NCBI GenBank assembly: GCA_963716395.1
Contig: OY970309.1
Coordinates: 2,281,365 to 2,345,364, forward strand
DNA: 64,000 nt
DNA from: an uncultured Fibrobacteria bacterium
Lineage (GTDB): Bacteria > Fibrobacterota > Fibrobacteria > UBA11236
Direction: 5' to 3'
Both the position numbers and the translations under genes were made by a program. Positions 48,888-58,115 of this stretch are shown here, piece by piece. The notes below the pieces were generated by a model. It saw nothing but the letters and a program-made list of their open reading frames with translations, made no database searches and was not told the DNA's origin. The stretch's first letter is position 1. Every line of letters begins with the position of its first letter.

Positions 48888-50290
48888 GGAAGCTCCCTTT
48901 CCAAAGGTTTGGCCGCGGCGGCCTTTTCCCAATCCGCCTCCGGCGCTTTGGCGAAATGAAACTTCGCCAATTTGCTTTTGAGGGTGGGCAGGGGAATGTT
49001 CAAAAGTTGGGCCGCCTTGGTTCGGCTGCCGTCGCAGCGCGCCAACGCCTCTTTGAGCACGCGCTCTTCCGTGCGATCGAGAAATTCCGGCAGCGAACTT
49101 TGTCCCCAGTCGAAGGCGGGAACCCGGCCTGCGGCGTCGACGAGATTGAGGGGCAAGGCGGAGCGATCGATTTTTCCGTCGCGGTTGAGCAGCACCAGGC
49201 GTTCGATGACGTGCTCCAGTTCGCGCACGTTGCCCTCCCAGTTATGCCGTAGGAAAATTCCCAGGATCTCGTCGGAGAAATCGAGTTTCCGATCCGGGGA
49301 ATATTTCCGCAGGAAATGATCCACCAAAAGAGGAATATCCTCGGACCGTTCCCGCAAGGGGGGGATGCGGATTTGTAACACGTTCAGGCGGTAATACAAA
49401 TCCTGACGGAAGGTTCCGTTTTCCACCAGCCGGGCCAAATCTTTCTTGGTGGCCACCAAAATGCGCACGTCGGCGTGCAACGTCTCTTCGCCGCCGACGC
49501 GTTCGAATTTTCCCGTCTGGGTGAAGTTCAGCAGCTTGACCTGGGTCTCCATGGGAATGTCGTCGATTTCGTCGAGGAACAAGGTGCCTTTGTGCGCCAT
49601 TTCAAAGCGGCCTTTTTTCTGGCGCACCGATCCCGTGAAGGCGCCTTTCTCGTGACCGAACAGTTCCGATTCCAACAGTTCGCGCGAAAGCGCGGCGCAA
49701 CTGACCATGACGAAGGGATGGTTGCTGCGGCGGCTTTGGTAATGGATGGCTTCGGCCAGCACGTTCTTCCCCGTGCCGGTTTCGCCGTAGATGAGCACGG
49801 TGGAGTCGGCCGCCGCCACGATCCCGGCCAGGTCGAACACCGCCCCCATGGCCGGCGACCGCGCCAGCATGTTGCCGAAACTGCGGTCGGAATCGTGGCA
49901 GCCGCGGCGCTCCCGGGTTTCCTTGCGGATGCGAATGGTTTCTTTTACGTGCCGGATGATGCCCATCAGTTGTTCGATTTCAAAGGGCTTGCGCAGATAA
50001 TCGACCGCGCCGTTCTTCAGGATTTCAATCGCCGATTGAATGGTGGCATGCGCCGTCATCAGCACAAATTGCGTGGCCGGGCAATTCGCCTTGACGAATT
50101 CCAGCACTTTCGGACCGTCGATGCCGTCCATGACCATGTCGCAAATGACGAGGTCGAAGTCGCCGGCGCGCAGACAGGCCACCGCTTCTTCGCCGGTGGC
50201 GACGGCGGTCACGCAGAAACCCGCATCCCGGAGTTCATCCTCCAAAGCCAGGCGCAGGCTTTTTTCATCTTCGGCGATCAAGATGTTCAT
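48884..50290 (-). CDS. Sigma-54-dependent response regulator (NtrC family)
   Basis: Receiver domain MNILIAEDEKSLR...DLVICDMVMDG. AAA+ sigma-54 activator motifs GETGTGKNVLAEAIH and GAFTGS (GAFTGA-like). C-terminal HTH. ATGA overlap with the upstream kinase gene and a 4-nt overlap with hppA. Confidence 0.9.
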
Positions 50291-51735
50291 ACGGCGGACT
50301 CCGCCGGAAAGGTGAGGGCCAGCACGCTGCCGCGCCGGCCTGCGCGCGCTTTCAATTCCAGGCTGCCGTGATGGGCCTTGACGATCCCAAACGAGACGTA
50401 CAACCCGAGTCCGGTGCCCTTCTTGCCTTTGGTGGTGAAAAACGGTTCACAGGCTTTGGCCGCGATTTCAGGGCTGACGCCCGATCCGTCGTCTTCGACG
50501 GCGATGCGGTAATGACCGTCGCTGCGGCCCAGGGAAATCCAGATGTTGCCGTCGCGTCCAATGGCGTCGATGGCGTTGATGACGCCGTTCACGATGACCT
50601 GCACCAGATGCGATTTCACGCCCGACACCATGCAAAGCTCGACGGGAAGATCGAGGTGCAGGCGCAAATTGTTGCGGTGCAGGCGCGGCTGCACCAGCTT
50701 CACGGCGTCGTGGATCACCGACTGGAGATCCACGGGAAACTCCTCGCGCTCGGATTCCTGCGCGTAGTTGAGCAAATCGCCGACCACCCCCTGGATATGG
50801 TTGGTGGCTTCGGAAATGAGGTCGAGGTATTCGCTTTGCCGCGCCTCCAGCCGCGGCGATTTTTGCAACCGGCGCACGCACATCTGGATACCGGCGATGG
50901 GGTTGTTGATTTCATGCGCCATGCCGGTGGCCAAGGTGCCCATGCTGGCCAGCCGTTCCGTCTCCAATATTTTCGCATGGGCGTTTTTGTAATCCCGATC
51001 GGTTTCGTTGATCCGCTCCATCATGGATTCGAATCCCCGCGCCAGCAGGCGCAACTCGTCGTTCAAGGGGCTTTCGATGCGGGGCATGGGGCCGCCGGGT
51101 ACAAAGGCGTCGAAGCCTTGGAGGATTTTATAAATGGGCTCGGAGATGAAATGCGAAAACAGCAAGGCGCCGCTTAACCCGAGGATCAGAAAGGCCAAGG
51201 TCATGGCGGTCATGGCGTAGCCGACCTTGCGCGCCTTGACGAGGGCCGAGGCGTCGTCGACGCCCACCGCCAGGCTGCCGAGGCGGCCGCCATCGAGCAA
51301 GGCGGTTTGCTGCTGAATGGCCACCCGGCTTTTGCCCACCTGCACGCGGTCTGGGCTTCCGGCGTTATGCACGGAGAACAGCGCGGGCGGGACCTGGTTT
51401 CCGGAAAAGGCATGCGCCACGATTTTTCCCTCGGGATCGAATACCAGGATGTAGAGAATGTCGGGATCGCGCTGCTTGACGGCTTCGATCAGGGCGCTGA
51501 CGGAAGGGAGATGGAGGTTGGAGGTTTGCAGCATCGCGGCCACCTGGTGTTGCAGGACGCCCGCGATCAAATCGGCTTTGTGCCGCATCTCTTCTTCGGC
51601 GGTCTTAAGAACGAAGGTGTAGGAGATGTAAAGATTAATGGCCCCGAAGAGAAGAATGGTCCCGGTCATGGAGACCATGAATTTGACGCGGAGGGGGATG
51701 AACCGCTTCCCGAGCCACGCTTCCGGCCATTTCAT
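50287..51735 (-). CDS. Sensor histidine kinase (membrane sensor, HisKA + HATPase_c)
   Basis: H-box TGMAHEINNPIAGI and ATPase boxes (N: IDAIGRDGN; G1/G2: EDDGSGV, GTGLGLYVS). Two TM helices flank a periplasmic domain. Start chosen as ATG 51735 (MKWPEAW...); alternatives exist. Confidence 0.85.
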   Translation of the reverse strand: MKWPEAWLGKRFIPLRVKFMVSMTGTILLFGAINLYISYTFVLKTAEEEMRHKADLIAGVLQHQVAAMLQTSNLHLPSVSALIEAVKQRDPDILYILVFDPEGKIVAHAFSGNQVPPALFSVHNAGSPDRVQVGKSRVAIQQQTALLDGGRLGSLAVGVDDASALVKARKVGYAMTAMTLAFLILGLSGALLFSHFISEPIYKILQGFDAFVPGGPMPRIESPLNDELRLLARGFESMMERINETDRDYKNAHAKILETERLASMGTLATGMAHEINNPIAGIQMCVRRLQKSPRLEARQSEYLDLISEATNHIQGVVGDLLNYAQESEREEFPVDLQSVIHDAVKLVQPRLHRNNLRLHLDLPVELCMVSGVKSHLVQVIVNGVINAIDAIGRDGNIWISLGRSDGHYRIAVEDDGSGVSPEIAAKACEPFFTTKGKKGTGLGLYVSFGIVKAHHGSLELKARAGRRGSVLALTFPAESAV

Positions 51736-51837
51736 CCACCTGTGCACGTCGCGCCGCCTCCGAGGTTGCCGCGTTTTTCTTCGCCCCGACCTCCATCTCC
51801 GCACCGTTCCTGGCCGATCGGAATCCTCCCCCCATCC

Positions 51838-53382
51838 CTACTTCTTCCACTCGGGAACGATCTCGTAGACGATGGCGGCGATGAAGCAGAGCATGATGCC
51901 CCCCACGCAGAGGATCGGGCTGAAGGGAAGAATCGGATCGAGATACGCTTTGGTCCCGAAGCGGGCCGAGAGCAAGAAACCGGCCACCGCCAGGGAAAGG
52001 CCCAAGATCAAAGTGATTCCGAAGCAGGTAAGGCGGCGCAGATGGCTAAGGTGGCTTTCGCCCAGTTTGACCTGCAACGCCGGCAACTCATGGGCATGCA
52101 TGTTCAGCGGGACGATCGGGAAGATTTTCATGAAGCCCATGTACACCATGATCGCCAGGGCCGTAAGGCCCGCGATGATGGAAACTTCCACCCAGGAGGG
52201 ATGATAGAAGCCGTGGCGGTAAGGCAGCAAAGTGCCGAAGGTTTGCGAAGGCACGATGATGATGAAACGCTTCAGAATGCAGGAGACGTTCACCAACAGG
52301 CCGGCGAAAACATGCAGCCCGATGTTCGTGATCCCTTTCAGGTATTGAAAGAAAATGATCAGAGCGGAGATGAGCAAGCCGCCGACCGTAATCCAGAACA
52401 ACGGCGCATAGACACCATTGGTCACCTGTTGCGCGACCCGGGTTTCGATCAACGGGGCGGCATAATGTTCGGTGAGTTCTTCGGCGACCATGAAATAGAT
52501 GTAAACGCCGCAGAGAATCATCATCAACAGACCCAGCCATTTGAAGGCTTTGGGAACGATGACCTCCTGCAAATTCAGGAACTTTCGGACCAAGGCCATG
52601 ATCACCATGATGAAGCCGGTTCCGGAAATTCCGGCCATGACCACGAACCCGGGTGCCTGCAGGGCCGTGAACCAGCCGGGGCGGGCCGATTGGAGTCCAA
52701 AAATGAAGCCCAAAGTGGAATGCGCGGTGATGAGCAAGGGCAGGATGAAAAGCGAAAGCCAGAAGCTGGAGTTCGCGTGCCGGTTGAAATCCTCGGGCCG
52801 GGGCTGAAAGCCCATGGCCCAGATCTTATAGAACATGCGCAGGGGCGGGAACGTGGCGCGGGTGGCGAGGTAGGCAGCGTCTTCGCGGGCCGAGAGATAG
52901 AAGAAGACCATGCTGGAGAAGAGGTATCCGGCCGCCACCATGGCAAAGTCGCCGAAGAAGGGAGAAAGCGGACGGGAGTAAAGCGGAAAGTTGATGATGC
53001 CGTGAATCGGCCGTCCGAGATCGGCCAGGATGGCGACCGCACCCATGGTCAAGATGATGATGGTCATCAGCTCGGCCATGCGCGCAATGGGTTTCAGGTA
53101 GGAGATTCCGAACAGGCGGATGGTGGCCGAGATGGTGATGCCCGCAAAACTGACACCTACGAAGAAAACGTTGAAGATGACGTACAGGCCCCAGGTGGAT
53201 CCACCCACCCCGATAGTGCGCATGTTGGTGACGAGTAAACCGTACAAGACCTGGCGGGAATAGGCATAAACGCCGACGGCAAAGATCAGAAACAGTACGG
53301 CCATGATGGCCATCCAGGTCGGACTGAATTTCATCAGCCCCAGGGGAACCGGTTGGGACGAATCTTCATTGAACATTTCCAT
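51838..53382 (-). CDS. NrfD/PsrC-family polytopic membrane subunit (ActC/QrcD-like quinone-interacting subunit, about 514 aa)
   Basis: Ten or more TM helices and the NrfD-family pattern. Start MEMFNEDSS at 53382 overlaps the upstream FeS gene stop (TGATG). The ORF-track N-terminal extension is R/P-rich junk. Confidence 0.8.
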   Translation of the reverse strand: MEMFNEDSSQPVPLGLMKFSPTWMAIMAVLFLIFAVGVYAYSRQVLYGLLVTNMRTIGVGGSTWGLYVIFNVFFVGVSFAGITISATIRLFGISYLKPIARMAELMTIIILTMGAVAILADLGRPIHGIINFPLYSRPLSPFFGDFAMVAAGYLFSSMVFFYLSAREDAAYLATRATFPPLRMFYKIWAMGFQPRPEDFNRHANSSFWLSLFILPLLITAHSTLGFIFGLQSARPGWFTALQAPGFVVMAGISGTGFIMVIMALVRKFLNLQEVIVPKAFKWLGLLMMILCGVYIYFMVAEELTEHYAAPLIETRVAQQVTNGVYAPLFWITVGGLLISALIIFFQYLKGITNIGLHVFAGLLVNVSCILKRFIIIVPSQTFGTLLPYRHGFYHPSWVEVSIIAGLTALAIMVYMGFMKIFPIVPLNMHAHELPALQVKLGESHLSHLRRLTCFGITLILGLSLAVAGFLLSARFGTKAYLDPILPFSPILCVGGIMLCFIAAIVYEIVPEWKK

Positions 53383-54263
53383 CACACTTCCTTTTTTTCC
53401 AGCCCCAAAGATTTTTCCTTGCGCAGGAAATAAACCTTGGGCCGGGTTCCGAGGTCTTCGAGCAATCGTTGCGCGCGGGGGCTGGCGGCCAGGCGCGATA
53501 CCAGGCTGTCGGGATCGTTCAGGTCGCCGAAGATGATGGCTTCGGCCGGGCAGGATTGCGCGCAAGCCGGAAGCAATTGCACGTCTTCGTCGGTGAGCGC
53601 GCGGTTTTCGGCCCGGCAATCTTCTTTGAGTTTGCGGATGCGATGCACGCAGAAGGTGCATTTCTCCACCACGCCCCGCGGGCGTGTGGCCACGTCGGGA
53701 TTCAGCGCTTCTTTATAAGTATCGGGCCAGGCAGGCTCGGTCCAATTGAAATAGCGGCGGGAGTAGGGGCAGGCCACCTGGCAATAGCGGCAGCCGATGC
53801 AGCGATCCCAAATCTGGGCGACGATGCCTTCTTCGTCCTGCATGGTGGCGCCGACCGGGCAGACTTTTACGCAGGGGGGATTCTCGCAATGGTTACAAGG
53901 CATGGGCGTCGCAATGGAATCACTTTCTTCGCTGAAGTTCAGCATGGTCATCCAATTGATTTCGGCCCCGGCCTTGCGGGGGTTGTCGCCGTTGAAAGGC
54001 ACGTTGTTCTCGACATGGCAGGCCACCACGCAGGCGCCGCAGCCCGAGCACAAATCGAGATCGATGGCCATGCCCCATTTTGGGCGTTTCCCGGTTTTGG
54101 GGTTGAGGTACACGCCCTTGGATTCGGTTTTCATTTCCTTGGCGACGGCCGCCTGGATCAATCCCGCAAAGGGCAGGGCGGCGATGAGCTTGAGAAAGGT
54201 GTTGCGGGGCATACCTCCCAAGGTTTCTTCCGGCGCGGCGATTTCGGGTTTCGGGTTTTTCAT
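53382..54263 (-). CDS. 4Fe-4S ferredoxin-type iron-sulfur subunit (PsrB/ActB2/QrcC-like)
   Basis: Four Cys clusters: CSGCGACVVACHVENN, CNHCENPPCVKVCP, CIGCRYCQVACP and CTFCVHR. Start ATG 54263 (MKNPKPEIAAPEE) lies 2 nt after the stop of the molybdopterin-subunit gene. Confidence 0.85.
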   Translation of the reverse strand: MKNPKPEIAAPEETLGGMPRNTFLKLIAALPFAGLIQAAVAKEMKTESKGVYLNPKTGKRPKWGMAIDLDLCSGCGACVVACHVENNVPFNGDNPRKAGAEINWMTMLNFSEESDSIATPMPCNHCENPPCVKVCPVGATMQDEEGIVAQIWDRCIGCRYCQVACPYSRRYFNWTEPAWPDTYKEALNPDVATRPRGVVEKCTFCVHRIRKLKEDCRAENRALTDEDVQLLPACAQSCPAEAIIFGDLNDPDSLVSRLAASPRAQRLLEDLGTRPKVYFLRKEKSLGLEKKEV

Positions 54264-54265
54264 AA

Positions 54266-56704
54266 TCAGGCCCTTGCGATGCGCACCCGGGTTCCGCAAC
54301 GAACGGAGTTGCCGCTCAAGGGATCGAAATTCGGGGCGGAAATGGTTCGGGGATTCGCGCCTTTTCCCTGGGCGAACCTTCCGTATTGGGTATGTCCGGC
54401 GCCGAGCTCCATCACGGCCAGATCGGCCGGCACGGTATAGGAAAGCAAGGCGTGGCATTGCAGTCGGCCGATGGGAGACTCGACCCAAACTGGATCGCCC
54501 TGGGACACGCCGAGGCGTCCGGCCGTATCGGGGTGAATGCCCACCCACGACTTCCAACTTTCGGTGGCCCACAAGCCGCGCTGCAATCCCGACAACTCTT
54601 TGAGATAGGGGATATTGGCGCCGCTGCCTTCAGAATAGGTCATGGGCTTGTAGGGAATGAAGAGCAGGGGATAATCGTTCTCCGATCCCGCGAAGCGCGG
54701 TTCCTCGGCATGCGGCAGCAGCGTCGTGGCCAGGGCAGGTTTTCCTAAGGCGGCCAAGGCCTGATCCGGCGTCTGATTTTTCTGTGCCGCCCAGTTTTTG
54801 ATGCGCGTCTCCGCCAGTTGTGAGCGGAATTCGAATTTTCCCGACGGCGTTGTGAAGACTTCTTTCCAGCTTTCCGCCGGCAGCGGATCGTCCTGCCAAT
54901 AGCCGACCTGCGTCAGTTTTTTCATGAAGTCAGCGGGACTCTCGGCCTTCAAGGTGCCGCGTTGGGCGCCGGCGATACCCACCAATCGCTCTTCCATCGC
55001 CGACTGAAAGTCTTTCCACGGGAAAGACGAAGCCACCGCGCCGCCGACGGCTTGTGCGATTTGGATCAAAACATCGCCGCTGTTTTGGGTGTCGTACAGC
55101 GGATCCACCGCCGGACGGCGGATGCCGATGGCCGCACGGAATCCGAAGGGCGGAGGCGTGGCGTCTTCCCAGCGTTCCAGATAGGTGTGGTCCGGTAATA
55201 TGAGATCAGAATAGAAGGCGCTTTCGTCGAGAAAGGGCGCGAAACTGACGATGAAGGGAATTTTTTCGAAAGCCCGGCGATACCGATCCGGGTCGTTTTT
55301 GGCGTACAACGGATTGGAGTAATACAACAGCAAGGCTTCGGTCGGGTAAGGCTTGGCCGCCAGCACGCTTTCCGGTAAAGCATCCAAGGCGGACGCGGCG
55401 AAGGGGAAGCGATCGCGCATGCGGCCGTCCAGCGCCGGTTGCTGCAACCCCGCCTTGGCCGCGGCGTCGTGGATCTCCGCCGCCCAGGCCGACAGCGGCA
55501 GGGGTTTTTTCACCACCATTCCTCCGGGCCGCTCGATTGAACCCAGCATGGCGTTTAGCGCCAGCGCGCAGCGGGCGATGTTGAGGCCGTTGGAAGTGGC
55601 GGTGGAACGGGAATCGACCACCACCACCGCCGGACGCGAAGCCGATAATTCGATGGTCAGTCGGTAAATGTCCTGTTCGGGAATCCCCGTCAAGCGCGAA
55701 ACCTTGTCCGCCGGATAGTCGTTCAGCAGGGCCGAGAAATCTTCGAAGCCGACGGTATGGGCGGCGACGAAATCGCGATCATACAGATTGTCTTTCAACA
55801 ATTGATTGGCGAGTCCCAGTGCCAGCACATCGTAGGTGCCGGGGCGGATGCGAATCCATTCGTCGGCCACTTCGGCGGTGCGCGATTCGTTGGCCTCGAC
55901 CTGCACGATTTTCGATCGCCGGGTGGGGTTCTCGCGCCGAAAACTTCCGGTGGCGCGCGCGAAGTGAATGCCGAAGCAGGTGGATTCGAAGATCCCGGAT
56001 CCGAGGCTCAGGATATAAGACGTCTTGAGCGCATCGTAGCCGGGAATCTCGGCGCTGCCGGTTCCCATTTCCATGGCTTGCACCAAGGCGCCGTCGCCCG
56101 TCGAGAGGGGATCGAAGAAGTTCGGCGTTCCGTACACGCGGCAGAACCGCTCCAGCATTTCCTTCATGAAGCCCCGCTGCCGGCCGCACAGGACGGCGAG
56201 CTTGTGAGGTTCGCCTTTCGTGCGCAAGGCGCCTAGACGTTGCGAAACTTCGGCGGTGGCCTGATCCCAGGAAATCGGTTTCCACCGTCCCGCGCCCCGT
56301 TCCCCATCTCTTTTCATGGGGCCGCGGATGCGATCCGGATCATAGAGGGTGAACACGCCGGATTGTCCTTTGGGGCCGAGTTTGCCCCCCACCAACAGGC
56401 ATTCGGGGTTTCCGTTGATCTTCACCGCACGTCCCTGCACCACCCGCACCTTGATTCCGCAGTTGACGGGGCATTGTCCGCAAGCCGTGGCGACTTGGCG
56501 TTCTTCGCCGAGATACCAGTGGTCGGATCCGGGAACGGGCGCCTTATCCTCGGCAATAGCGAAAGGATCGGTATGCGGCAAGCAGGCCGAAAGCGTTCCC
56601 GCCGCGCCCAAGGCGCCGGATACCTGCAGAAATTTTCTGCGGGAAAATGATCCGGATTTCACCGGGTTTGACTCCGCGTTATTGGTGGCACGTGGTGCAG
56701 GCAT
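54266..56704 (-). CDS. Molybdopterin-oxidoreductase-family (CISM) large subunit with a Tat signal (PsrA/ActB1/QrcB-like)
   Basis: Twin-arginine motif SRRKFLQVSGALGAAGTLSA. N-terminal FeS motif CGQCPVNCGIKV...C. MopB-family length of 812 aa. Confidence 0.85.
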   Translation of the reverse strand: MPAPRATNNAESNPVKSGSFSRRKFLQVSGALGAAGTLSACLPHTDPFAIAEDKAPVPGSDHWYLGEERQVATACGQCPVNCGIKVRVVQGRAVKINGNPECLLVGGKLGPKGQSGVFTLYDPDRIRGPMKRDGERGAGRWKPISWDQATAEVSQRLGALRTKGEPHKLAVLCGRQRGFMKEMLERFCRVYGTPNFFDPLSTGDGALVQAMEMGTGSAEIPGYDALKTSYILSLGSGIFESTCFGIHFARATGSFRRENPTRRSKIVQVEANESRTAEVADEWIRIRPGTYDVLALGLANQLLKDNLYDRDFVAAHTVGFEDFSALLNDYPADKVSRLTGIPEQDIYRLTIELSASRPAVVVVDSRSTATSNGLNIARCALALNAMLGSIERPGGMVVKKPLPLSAWAAEIHDAAAKAGLQQPALDGRMRDRFPFAASALDALPESVLAAKPYPTEALLLYYSNPLYAKNDPDRYRRAFEKIPFIVSFAPFLDESAFYSDLILPDHTYLERWEDATPPPFGFRAAIGIRRPAVDPLYDTQNSGDVLIQIAQAVGGAVASSFPWKDFQSAMEERLVGIAGAQRGTLKAESPADFMKKLTQVGYWQDDPLPAESWKEVFTTPSGKFEFRSQLAETRIKNWAAQKNQTPDQALAALGKPALATTLLPHAEEPRFAGSENDYPLLFIPYKPMTYSEGSGANIPYLKELSGLQRGLWATESWKSWVGIHPDTAGRLGVSQGDPVWVESPIGRLQCHALLSYTVPADLAVMELGAGHTQYGRFAQGKGANPRTISAPNFDPLSGNSVRCGTRVRIARA

Positions 56705-57263
56705 ATTCCGCCCCTCTTTCCTTGTGGCACGCGATGCACTTGGACATGGTCAAATAGGCGATGTCGGGCTGGGATACCGGTTGCGACACCTTGCGCATGT
56801 CGCGATGGCAATCCCAACATTTCATCTGCCCAAAGACGACATGCGCCCGATGCGAGAAATAAACATGGCCCGGTAACCTGTTCACCACGATCCAAGGAAT
56901 CTCTTTCCCCGTCTTCAAATACTCGCGCACCTTCGCTTCTTCCGGGTTTTTCCCCTGGGGTTCGGAATGGCAATCGGCGCAATCGCGCAACAGGGGCAAG
57001 GTCGCGTGCGCCCCTTTATCCGCGAAGCGATGGCAATCCGTGCAGTCCATGTCTTCGGCTTTGATATGGGCCGCGTGATTGAAGGCCAGCGGTTGCCGCA
57101 CCGCCGGTGGGGGAGACAGGAAATCGATGGCGGAGGCGGGAATGTCTCCCGAGCGATTACACGCTTGGTAGGTCAACCCGATCGCGAGCAACGCGAACCA
57201 GGCCGGGAGAAGGAATTTCCTTTCTCCCCGCCGTCCGCTGAGTTTCCGCTTGCCTGGTTCCAT
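56679..57263 (-). CDS. Membrane-anchored pentaheme cytochrome c (ActA/NrfB-like)
   Basis: Five CxxCH motifs (CTDCH, CADCH, CWDCH, CIACH, CTTCH) in 194 aa. N-terminal TM helix FLLPAWFALLAIGLTY. ATG 57263 with an AGGTGA Shine-Dalgarno. Confidence 0.8.
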   Translation of the reverse strand: MEPGKRKLSGRRGERKFLLPAWFALLAIGLTYQACNRSGDIPASAIDFLSPPPAVRQPLAFNHAAHIKAEDMDCTDCHRFADKGAHATLPLLRDCADCHSEPQGKNPEEAKVREYLKTGKEIPWIVVNRLPGHVYFSHRAHVVFGQMKCWDCHRDMRKVSQPVSQPDIAYLTMSKCIACHKERGAEYACTTCHQ

Positions 57264-57292
57264 GTCGTCACCTATCGGTTTGCCGCGGGGGG

Positions 57293-57709
57293 TTACTTCG
57301 TGGTTGAATTGGCAACATCGTATTTCAGCGAAGCCACCCAGGTTGCCAGCGTATCCAACTCTTCGTCCGACCCCTTGAATTTTTTCTTGTGCTTGTGGCC
57401 GTCCAGCTTCACCTCTTTTTTCAGCCACTTGACAATCCAGTCCTTCTCTTTTTTCTTGCCCACGTCCGACAGATCCGGGGGTTCGATTTTTTTCCCCAGT
57501 AAGGCTTCATCTTCGTCCACGTCCGCGGTGGATTCGTCCGATTTCACCTTGGCGATTTTCAACGCGGAAATCGCATGGCATTGGGTGCATTTATTCTGGA
57601 GAAAGATTTTTTGTCCCGCCGGAACGGCGGCATCGGCCTGTGCGCGCATCGGCGTCAAGCCCGCCAGTAACATTCCCGTTCCGAGGGAGAGCAGCGTTTG
57701 TTTCCACAT
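57293..57709 (-). CDS. Monoheme class-I c-type cytochrome (ActE-like), secreted, with a Lys-rich C-terminus
   Basis: Signal peptide MWKQTLLSLGTGMLLAGLTPMRAQA. Single CTQCH motif. AAGGAA Shine-Dalgarno. First gene of the minus-strand respiratory operon. Confidence 0.7.
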   Translation of the reverse strand: MWKQTLLSLGTGMLLAGLTPMRAQADAAVPAGQKIFLQNKCTQCHAISALKIAKVKSDESTADVDEDEALLGKKIEPPDLSDVGKKKEKDWIVKWLKKEVKLDGHKHKKKFKGSDEELDTLATWVASLKYDVANSTTK

Positions 57710-58115
57710 GGTGAGGTTTCCTTTCCTTCCCGAACCGGGTTGGGTGGTTCGTTTGTCATCCACGACTCAAGCGAATATCGATCCAAATTGTTCCGACTTG
57801 GAATGGCCCGGAGTTTCGGCTTTTTAATGCAACTCAATAGGCAAAGTGGCGAAACGGCAGAACTTTCAAGACAGACTGGCACGAATTTGGTGGGGAGCGT
57901 GCTTTCTCTTCAGGATGAATTTTGATCCCTATCCCGGATGAAATCTCATACGGCCGGGTAAAAATACCGCGAAAGTCGCGAAGCCGGGGTAGTCGAAAAC
58001 TGGACCCTGGAATTTATTTGTAATACCTGTCGCAAGAATGATGCGTTAAACCCGGCGAATGGGGGATGGCATTGATGTTGCTTGTTGCGTAATCGCAGAA
58101 CGGAGAAGCATCGGT

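Noticed and set aside
51307-54440. ORFs 51307..53238 (+, 643 aa) and 53469..54440 (+, 323 aa) opposite the NrfD and FeS genes
   Set aside because: His/Gly/Asp/Arg-rich antisense translations. The minus-strand genes carry diagnostic FeS clusters and NrfD topology.
54266-54572. Apparent 300-nt overlap between the FeS-subunit ORF and the molybdopterin-subunit ORF
   Set aside because: This is an artefact of the longest-ORF convention. The FeS gene most plausibly starts at ATG 54263, 2 nt after the Mo-subunit stop, so there is no real overlap.
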